Shown one piece after another: positions 55,727 through 64,000 of a stretch of DNA of 64,000 nt. How positions within the stretch are numbered: position 1 is the first letter of the stretch; the number at the start of each line of letters is the position of its first letter. The translations under genes were made by a program, and so were the position numbers. Source of the DNA: Mayamaea pseudoterrestris. Its lineage: Eukaryota. The notes beneath the pieces are model-generated. The model worked only from the letters and a program-made list of their open reading frames with translations. It searched no databases and had not been told where the DNA came from. The stretch is taken from the NCBI GenBank assembly GCA_027923505.1, contig BROI01000014.1:1-64000 (forward strand), in the 5' to 3' direction.

Positions 55727-56277
55727 ATTTCGTCTTCCGTTGACGAAACGCACCAGCGAGTGGTTTGGTTGGTTGGGCCTCTCCGATGAGAAACTTCGCC
55801 TCACTTCCTTGTTCGTGACAACATACTGTTGACGATTAGAATATACAGTATAACACTTCATTGTCGAGGAAGAAGAGGAAGCGTCTGTTATTTAATTAGT
55901 ACAGTCGCAACAAAAGGTACGAAAGAGAAAAACGTCTCGTTGGGAGCGTGACAAGCGGCACGCTAACGAACTCGCTCGCCAATCGACTCTCCAAGCTTCG
56001 ACGCAAGCGTGAGAGAAAAGAGAAAGCGAAGAGGGTGTGAGAGTGAGTGAGCGAGCGAGCGGCTTGATAAAGTATATGAATGTTGGATCAAATTGCAGTT
56101 GATGGAAAGAGTCTGTCGCGCTTGCTTGGGCTAGAGAAGTTGTTCCGATGGGGCGGCTCGAGTCGTGATGGCAGCACGAAAAATACTTTGGCAGCTACTA
56201 TCATGTCTATTAAATTGTATCATTCTCTCACAAAAAATATGTAATTTCACGTTTACAGTAAATTTGCGCCGCGCATC

Positions 56278-57576
56278 ATGGCAAATTCTCCATTAGCAAC
56301 TGCTCCATCAGCACGTCGAGTCTTCCGTGACCTTCCAGACGTTACTTGCAGCAACGACGGATGCTCTCGCAGTGATGATTGTTACTACGAGAACAGTAAC
56401 GAGTCTTTGGAGAGTAGCCATGTTTGGAATATAAGTCAGTTGCGAATGCGACGGTGCAAGCGCGCCAGAGAATTTCCGCAGCGAGTCGACGAGAAACAAC
56501 AATGCACCAGCGTCAGCAACAATCTACCGCTACCTTCACCGTCAGCACCTCTATTGACGGAATCCTTTCACCTTTCGACCATTGCCTCGTCCATTTCCTC
56601 CGCTTCCACAGCAGCTACTGCGACGCGAAAATTACGAACCAAACAGACGCAGCAGCAGCAGCAAGGACGACCTCCGTCAAAGTGGCTCATTCCTTATAAA
56701 CATCCACTGAAATTACTTTGGGATTGTTTGACTCTTGTCGTTTCATTGATCTCCGCCTACAATACACATGTTGCCATTCGCGATCGACAGTATCGAAGAA
56801 GCAATAACTGGATACTACTGATTTGTGACGTTTGGTTTGTCGTTGACATACTTGCAAATTTCATGACGCAAAAGAAGCAACGCTCCGGTCGACTGTTGGA
56901 TACGTACCAAGCTGTTTGGGCGCACTATTTGACATCATGGTTCATTATTGATGTACTATCGCTATTTCCCGGCGAACGCTTTTGGCTAGTTCCCATTGTC
57001 GATCAGCAGAATCGCCGCAACGTTTGGACCAAGACGCTCTTTCGATCGCGCGCCGTCATTAAAGTGACGCGCTGGTTTCGTCACGTTCACTGGCAGTGGC
57101 TGTCGCAGTGCGCCAAACACGTGAAGCAGCTCTTTGGCGTGCGGCTGCTGCGCATCAAGTCGGCCAAGTGGGTGTTGCGCTACGTGCCAAAGTATGTCAT
57201 GTTTTATCGCAACATGCGAGGCGTCGTTGCCATTCGCATTTTAAGACAAGTGCATTGGTTGACGCGCACGTGGCGGCAGTGGCAACGGCAACGGCGCGAA
57301 AGTATATCGGGACTGGTGCGAGAGAAAACGCTTGAACGCGTCCTTTTGGAGCGTGACGGTGCGTTCGGTGACGACGACGACAATTCCATTTTGTTTCATA
57401 TCAATGACGACGATAATGATGGATCTGGCCAGAATTGGGAGTATTTTATGGATGAAGACGAATACGATGATGACTATGAAGATAATCATGAGAACGAATA
57501 TTTGGATGACAATGGTCGCGCCTTGTATGCGCGTCACCATGTCGACGACGACGATGATGATGACGGTCTTTATTAA
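56278..57576 (+). CDS. Protein with a KCNH/CNG-type S1-S4 voltage-sensor-like domain, no visible pore, acidic tail
   Basis: WLIPYKHPLKLLWD, DVWFVVDILANF and HYLTSWFIIDVLSLFP; Arg-rich helices; Asp-rich C-terminus. Confidence 0.72.
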   Translation: MANSPLATAPSARRVFRDLPDVTCSNDGCSRSDDCYYENSNESLESSHVWNISQLRMRRCKRAREFPQRVDEKQQCTSVSNNLPLPSPSAPLLTESFHLSTIASSISSASTAATATRKLRTKQTQQQQQGRPPSKWLIPYKHPLKLLWDCLTLVVSLISAYNTHVAIRDRQYRRSNNWILLICDVWFVVDILANFMTQKKQRSGRLLDTYQAVWAHYLTSWFIIDVLSLFPGERFWLVPIVDQQNRRNVWTKTLFRSRAVIKVTRWFRHVHWQWLSQCAKHVKQLFGVRLLRIKSAKWVLRYVPKYVMFYRNMRGVVAIRILRQVHWLTRTWRQWQRQRRESISGLVREKTLERVLLERDGAFGDDDDNSILFHINDDDNDGSGQNWEYFMDEDEYDDDYEDNHENEYLDDNGRALYARHHVDDDDDDDGLY

Positions 57577-58018
57577 GAAATTTATCTTTGTGCGCTGTGT
57601 TTGAACGGAAGTAGCACATCATACCAGATTGTATCAGCATAATTTTGCGCATTCGCTGTCAGTCATATTAAAGCAGCGCCGCTGGTACTGCAGGGATTGC
57701 TCTTGATATTGGCAGTCGGTCAGAATTTGTTGCCATGTCAAACCACAAATGCAATCACTACACCTCCATAAAGCCAATATTCTGTATGTGTACGGTATGC
57801 GTTTGTTTACTGCTGTAGTTGCTAAATTAAGCAAAACTATAGTAACCGATAGAGGTAGAAATCGCCGTTTCCGAGTTTCGAACTTCGTGTCCGTTTGAAA
57901 CCTGGTGCGACATAGATGGTGACGCAACATCGTTGTTCATGGCCTTTTCTTCACGATAAACTCTCACTGCAAGGTTCTTTGCATGTAACTTATATTTCAT
58001 TTACTCGCTCTCTTAGTC

Positions 58019-58518
58019 ATGTACACGCAGCTCCAGACATACGGCCAGCAAGCGGCGACTTCGCAATCGTCGACGGCAATGATTTGGAACGGCCAGCGAT
58101 GGGTCTCTTCGTCGCCGTCCGTTTCCATTCCTTCCGATCCAGTTTCTACTTACACTCGCTACTATCATGGATGGAATCAAAAGGCTGTAGAATTAAGACA
58201 GTCACTTCAAAATCAATATACATTGTCGCCAGAGCAGCGGGCCGCGCAGGAGCGACAGGCCGCATGGTTTGATTACTATAGAGACAATGCATCGCGAGCG
58301 GCGCATTACTTTTCGCAGAGTCCAAACGCGACGGCTGCTCCTGGAATTGAACTACCAGGAGATCCTGCTTTATGGAACTTGGAGCAGCAGCAGCAGCAGC
58401 AGCAATATCATGGCGGTGGTACAGTTGGAGTAGGAGCCGCGTCAGTGGCTCAGCCGGTGAACATTCTTTCACAGTCGCCTCAGCAACACGCGTCTTCTCA
58501 ACAGTCTTATCCGTATCC

Positions 58519-58559
<41 letters not shown>

Positions 58560-60318
58560 CGACAAAAACAGTACAGCAGCAATCATCATCATTAAACAAT
58601 CAAGACTCGTTCAAGCGCTATTTTGATCGCTGCATGCAGCAGTGTAATACGCCCACGCAAAAGCTCGCCATGAAACGGCAACTGGAGCAAAAGGTGACGG
58701 CTGCCATGAAGAACAATACGTTTGATACCATGGCATGGAACTATGAACCGGTCATTCCAGTGCTTGGTGCTGCTACCGCCGCGGCACCGCTTTTAACGAA
58801 TGCGGCTCAAGACATGAGAGTTCCAACAATTTTGAACCCCCCAGTTGCAAATGCATCGGCATATCCTTCCTCTTCGTTTGTTTCTCCTTCTACTCACAGT
58901 TACTACGGAGCAGCGACTCCTGCTGCTACCATTCAATCGTCGTTTGTAACATCCAACAGCGCGTCTGGGGCTGCAAGTGGTGCTGCCTCGGAACAGAATT
59001 ACTTTGGACCAATGTCCTCCACCGGCTCACTTGCATCCTCTTCTGCATCCACGAAACAAGAATCGATAAAGGGCAAGCGCAAGTGGTCTCAGCAAAGTCC
59101 CACTCTGCCGAGTGGAGCTGGTGGTGGTGAAACAAGTTACTATGGACCAGCAGCGGCAATTGCAGATTTGTCGCACATGAGCTACACCAAGAAAAAGAAG
59201 TCACCAGGGAAAAGGGATGGATTTAATCAGTCGACGGGAGCAATGGCGGACCGTGCCAAGCGCTTTGGCTCGTCTGGTGGCACATCATTCAGTACGTATG
59301 ACCACGATGATGATTTAGATAAGTATATGGGCAAGAGAGGAGTGATTGGCGGCAGCAAGTTGGAACTAGATGAAGCAGATTATGAGCAAATGAAGGTCAG
59401 GGGAACTTGCCGAACTTTGGAGAAGGAGTATTTGCGACTCACGGCGCCGCCTCGACCCGAGCTGGTGCGACCATTGGATATATTGGAAAAACATCTGGTC
59501 AACTTGAAGCGAGAACGCCTTGATTCTTCTTCGAAGCGAGACTACCTGTGGTTTTGCTCGCAGTTCAAAGCTGTTCGGCAGGATTGTACAGTACAGCATA
59601 TCCGAAATGCGTTTACGGTTGATGTGTACGAAACACATGCCAGAATCGCATTGGAAGAAGGTAAGTTATTTGTATCTATACATGGCATGCAGGTCTCTTT
59701 TCCTGTGCAGAAGAGTCACTAACCATCGCATCTCGCTTTGCCTTTACCGCAGGTGACTGGAATGAGTATAATCAGTGCCAAACTCAGCTGAAAGAGCTTT
59801 ATAAAGCGTTGCAAGGTAATAGTGAAGCGACTGCTAACCAATGTGAGTTTACAGCGTATCGTTTACTCTACTACATCTTTTTGTCGGGAAATGCCAAGAG
59901 CAACTCTTCAGACCTTTTTCAAATCATGGACTCTCTCACCGCCCACGATCAAACGGATACTGCAGTCGCTCATGCGTTGCGAGTGCGCTTGGCAGTTGCC
60001 GAAGTCAACTACCATTCCTTCTTTCGCTTGCACGAAGCGGCGCCAAACTTGGGACGTTTGCTCATGGATCGAATCGCTCCAAGCATGCGCCACCGAGGCT
60101 TGCAGCGCTTCTTCAAGGCGTATCGACCGACGGTAGATGCTTCTTTTGTTTTGAAAGAATTGGGTTTTGACTGTGAAGTGTCGGATGATTTGGATTTCGG
60201 TCGTAGTTGGTTGGTGAGTTGTGGTTGCGTCTTGTCGGACGACGGTGAAATTTGGAAAACAAAGGACACGCAGAATGTGCATGAGAGCGAACTTGAGGAA
60301 AGGAAGTCGTTGAATTGA
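58019..60318 (+). CDS. LENG8: SAC3/GANP-family protein, LENG8/THP3-like, 2 exons (intron 59661-59752)
   Basis: GTCRTLEKEYLRLTAPP, QFKAVRQDCTVQHIRNAFTVDVYETHARIALEEG|DWNEYNQC and EFTAYRLLY. Confidence 0.9.
58520..58558. repeat. (CAG)12 CAA microsatellite encoding polyGln
   Basis: Direct read. Confidence 0.95.
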
Positions 60319-60441
60319 TTGTCGAGCGAGCTGAAACGCGTTGTTCGGACACGTGCTGAGTGGACCATTCTACTGCGTTGTTCGTGCTTTAGTAGTTATA
60401 TATAAAACTAGTGAATAAACCTTATCTTTGCAATACTCATA

Positions 60442-61671
60442 TTAAAGGTACCGTATGCCCAAGCTCCGCTGCAGCAAGGCCAAAGCTTGTCTCCATGCCT
60501 TGTTGGCGGCCTCCTGGTCGTAGGCAAAGGCTGGATTGTCGTTGAAATCTTGCGCTGGATTTGTAAATCCATGCTTGGCTGAAAGCTGAAGTAACGAAAG
60601 ACGGTAGCGCAAACGTTGAAAGGTGGCCATTGCTGCATGGAGTTGCTGGTCGCTGACGAATGGATCATTGACGCCGTGGCATAGTAATATTTCTGCCGGT
60701 TGTCCTTGTGCTGTATCAACTGATGTTGACTCTGTTTGCGTATGTGCCACTGCTGATGCTCCATCAAATACACCATGAAAGGTGGCCATGGCCCGCATGT
60801 TGTAGCATTGCATGCGAGCGAGCTCAAGGATGGAATGTCCGCCCAAGCACCACCCCAGCGCCGCAAGTCTCGTCGAGTCAATGCTTTCGTCTGTTGCTAT
60901 AAAATTTAGTGATGCTTGTATTCGTTGCTGCAAGAGTGGCCTATGTGACTCGCCATTTGCGTCGGGCTGCTCTTGCAGCACCAAGTTTCGTGTTGTCGTA
61001 TATCGCTCGCGATCCGTGCTCCACGCCCAGCCTCGATCGTCTCCAAGAATGTCTGCGACAAGAACTTGACAATCCAATGAGCGTAACTGCTGACTGCTAA
61101 TGAGACTCGAGGCTTTCCAAAGCAGGAATAAATCATGTGGACCAGCTCCAGTGTGGAAGAATATGACTGCTGGTGACGGTGCTTGTTTGTTTGCTGCCGC
61201 TAACTCCAGGTCGCTGTACATTTTTTGATTGTCTAGTCGTCGCCTCCGAACAAGGTATCCATGCAGCAATACTTTCTCACTATTCTGATAAACGACTGGC
61301 TTGTATTCCACATTGTCGTCTGCGTTGTCATTATCATTCTTGATTTCGTCCTGCCAAGCGTCGAGTATTGCATTGGCATAGTCAAAGTCCTTGGCGAGCT
61401 GCGGACGACTGTCCGATGGCGTGCATAACGTTTGCTCAATCAAGCATTTGGCCGAAACGAAACTCTCCGGATTGAGAGGCAGCCACTCGTTTTGATGGTT
61501 GCTCATTGTCAGAATGGAATCATGTGAGAAAAGCCGACGATTGACTGTGGATTTGTCGTCAGTGAAGCGCGGAGATCGCGGCTCAGAAAGCGGAAACGAT
61601 TGAATACACTTCCATACCACTAATAACAAAACGATGAATAAAGGATCTAGGCAGGTCTTTTGCTTGGCCAT
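60442..61671 (-). CDS. Dienelactone hydrolase family protein with N-terminal targeting signal
   Basis: Nucleophile elbow GWCLGG, FHG, HGVNDPFV and AKHGFTNP. Confidence 0.9.
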   Translation of the reverse strand: MAKQKTCLDPLFIVLLLVVWKCIQSFPLSEPRSPRFTDDKSTVNRRLFSHDSILTMSNHQNEWLPLNPESFVSAKCLIEQTLCTPSDSRPQLAKDFDYANAILDAWQDEIKNDNDNADDNVEYKPVVYQNSEKVLLHGYLVRRRRLDNQKMYSDLELAAANKQAPSPAVIFFHTGAGPHDLFLLWKASSLISSQQLRSLDCQVLVADILGDDRGWAWSTDRERYTTTRNLVLQEQPDANGESHRPLLQQRIQASLNFIATDESIDSTRLAALGWCLGGHSILELARMQCYNMRAMATFHGVFDGASAVAHTQTESTSVDTAQGQPAEILLCHGVNDPFVSDQQLHAAMATFQRLRYRLSLLQLSAKHGFTNPAQDFNDNPAFAYDQEAANKAWRQALALLQRSLGIRYL

Positions 61672-62011
61672 GCTATAGATTATGGTCAGCAAGATGATGG
61701 AGCAACATGATAATGAGGAAAATGATGCGAAACAAGTCGAAACTGGCTTCGCGTCACTGTAGCTCAAAAAGTTGGTGCCAAAATAGATTATTTGGCACTG
61801 TACCGCAAAGAGTGGTACTATTGTTCAAAGTGTACCACAGACTGAGTTTCGTGATTTGAAACTGTACTGCTTGTCTAAGTTGTAATTTAGAATAACCTTG
61901 CCTCACAACATCGTACAACACAAAAATTAACAGTGAATTGTGCAGCTAATGTAAAATTATGTATTCATAGAGACCAGACGCATGTAAGGTCATGGTAGTC
62001 CTGCACATCCA

Positions 62012-64000
62012 TCACTTCCCAAACCCAAACAAACCATGCTGCTTCGATCTCTGCTCAGGCTTAGAGCCATGTTCTTGCTTGCTGACTAATTTCTGATAGT
62101 CTTGCTTGAGCGCATCTTGTGTTGCTTTCCTTGGATCTTGACTAATGCCAGAAACACGGCGAGGTGAACTACCACGAATATCAGCACCTGGATCCGTCCA
62201 CAATAAGGGTTGCGCAAGTGGTGTCTCCATCTGTCGTCGGGCAGCCTGTGCATTCACAATCTGTCTCGCCACAAATCCCAGACAAAGAAAGGCAATAAAA
62301 GCAGACTTCCAACCCATTGGCAGCATACGCCCGATGGCACTAGTGGCAGGAGTCCGACCGTGCTCATCCTTCGCGGCGTCAGAACCTCCTCGCGGGCTTT
62401 GTCCCATGTCAAGATTTTTCTTGGGCGAACCTTCGCCGCTAGTGCCTTCGTAAAACTTCTTTCGGCGATCTTCCGCTAGCTTGTAAAACTCGCGACGCTT
62501 CTCTTCTGTCTCTTCATCCTCGCCGCCCATATGGAGCCGGTCGCGCACAGCGTCAAAACCACGTCTCGCCTTTTCGGCGCCCTCGTGCATTAAATTGGCA
62601 GCTTTAGTCTTTGAAGACTCGACGCCTTCTTGAACAACGTTCTTGGCCATATCAGCGCCTTCCTGTGCCTTGGCCCACGCAGCTTCCGATCCTCCTTCCA
62701 CTTGTTCGCCTGTCTCTTGCGCTGCATCTGTCACGTGATCCTTCGCTTCACGGACGTTTAAGTGCGACTGAGCAGCGCCTGTAGCAGCATCGTAACCTTC
62801 GCGTACTTTTGTTTTCGTCGCCTCCATTCCCTGGGATGCAGCGTCCGCAGCTCCATGATAAGCGCTCTTGGCCATGTCGGCAGCGGCATCAACGCCTTCT
62901 TCGCCCTTGTTCTTGATATGTTCGGCAGCGCCAGTAGTAGCATCATATGCCTCGCGTGCCTTGGCCGTTGTCGCGTTTATACCAAGCGCAGCAGCATCCG
63001 CAGTCGTTTCGTAGGCGGACCTGGCCGTTTCGGCAGCAGCATCCATGACTTGTCCGGTCGTGTCCTTCACGATGCCAGCGCCACTTTGAGCAACGTCGGT
63101 GGCCGCCTTGTATCCTTGTTCACTCAAATCTTTGCTTCTTTCCAGCACGTCGCGACCCTTGTCCTTTGCCATATCGACGCTTGCTTCCGCATATTCCTTC
63201 CCTGTCTGTAAAATGTTTTTCCCAGTGTCAGCAGCTGCATGTACTCCATCGCCAGCCTTCTGCTTAGCATTTTCGGCTGCCGATGCGGCAGTCTCGGCCA
63301 CTTCGCGCCCTTTCTCCTTCAACATTTCCGATGTTTCGTAGCCTTTCTCGTTTGCTCCTTCGACAAGATTTTGTGCTTGTTCATTCGTAGCTTGATACAC
63401 ACGACGTCCAGTGTCCGCTGCCGCATTCATGCCTTCCGAAATTTTTTGTTTGCCTAACTCCGCACCGGACTGAGCAGTTTCAGCGGTCAAATCGTATCCC
63501 TCTTTGACTGCGTCTGTCGCTTGCTTCGCCGCTTCGCTACTTTTGACTTTCGTTACATCCAATGCGTCCTTGATAAGCTCCTTTGCTGCACTAAATACGC
63601 CCCATCCAGTTTCGCTCGCCGATTCAACAGCCTGGTTGCCACTGTCAATGGCATTAGCAGCAAGATTTTGCCCCGTCTCTTTCATTGTATCGACTCCTAC
63701 CGCAGCTTTTTCTTTCGCCGCATCGATTGCAGCTTGGCTCTTGTCCTTCGCCGCGTCATATGTCTGTCCAACCATGTCGCCAGCCGCTAAATATCCTTCA
63801 TGCAGCTTGTCTTGCGCTGCACTCGCATGATCCTGAGCCTTTTCGACAACATAGTCTTTTACAGTCTGATAGCCTTCATTTGCCGACTCGCCGGCCGAAT
63901 TGAGAGCGGCATACGCTTTAAACTCTGCCGTATCCTCTGCAAACCTGGTCTCGCCTGTTAATTCTTCGCGACGCTTCGCTACTGTCTCGTCAACAAGGTT
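62012..64000 (-). CDS. LEA-like repeat protein with C-terminal TM helix (5' end outside the window)
   Basis: The frame stays open from 64000. Ala/Lys/Glu/Thr-rich amphipathic repeats (KEGYD.., AADTAKSAY-like); TM SAFIAFLCLGFVA. Confidence 0.75.
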   Translation of the reverse strand, partial: NLVDETVAKRREELTGETRFAEDTAEFKAYAALNSAGESANEGYQTVKDYVVEKAQDHASAAQDKLHEGYLAAGDMVGQTYDAAKDKSQAAIDAAKEKAAVGVDTMKETGQNLAANAIDSGNQAVESASETGWGVFSAAKELIKDALDVTKVKSSEAAKQATDAVKEGYDLTAETAQSGAELGKQKISEGMNAAADTGRRVYQATNEQAQNLVEGANEKGYETSEMLKEKGREVAETAASAAENAKQKAGDGVHAAADTGKNILQTGKEYAEASVDMAKDKGRDVLERSKDLSEQGYKAATDVAQSGAGIVKDTTGQVMDAAAETARSAYETTADAAALGINATTAKAREAYDATTGAAEHIKNKGEEGVDAAADMAKSAYHGAADAASQGMEATKTKVREGYDAATGAAQSHLNVREAKDHVTDAAQETGEQVEGGSEAAWAKAQEGADMAKNVVQEGVESSKTKAANLMHEGAEKARRGFDAVRDRLHMGGEDEETEEKRREFYKLAEDRRKKFYEGTSGEGSPKKNLDMGQSPRGGSDAAKDEHGRTPATSAIGRMLPMGWKSAFIAFLCLGFVARQIVNAQAARRQMETPLAQPLLWTDPGADIRGSSPRRVSGISQDPRKATQDALKQDYQKLVSKQEHGSKPEQRSKQHGLFGFGK

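Overview
This is gene-dense eukaryotic nuclear DNA, almost certainly from a pennate diatom. The evidence is a CoDi-type Ty1/copia element, bipartite signal peptide + 'AF' plastid-targeting N-termini, helicase-associated (HA)-domain genes and few short GT-AG introns. The left 16.5 kb is unstable. It holds a frameshift-riddled copia retrotransposon whose LTR-gag-PR-INT part is tandemly duplicated (period 3388 bp). Next to it is a second tandem duplication (period 1658 bp) of a sulfotransferase-like gene. Three consecutive disrupted genes follow: a nucleotide-sugar transporter, a BBE-like FAD oxidase and a GT47 exostosin. With the sulfotransferase-like pair these look like a Golgi glycan-modification neighbourhood. 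The rest of the window has about 25 apparently intact genes. Recognisable ones are a bestrophin-like channel, cystathionine gamma-synthase, ASNSD1, a U-box protein, an SF1 helicase, a PPR protein, Sen54, an ABM protein, a FLVCR-like MFS transporter, SAC3/LENG8 and a dienelactone hydrolase. Unusual architectures include a dsRBD-DEDDy exonuclease, two membrane-anchored HA-domain proteins, an ankyrin-pseudokinase, a voltage-sensor-only protein and a membrane-anchored LEA-like protein. There is also a diverged solo LTR and a recurrent intergenic palindrome TACCGGTA. All family calls come from motif recognition by eye; no database searches were run.
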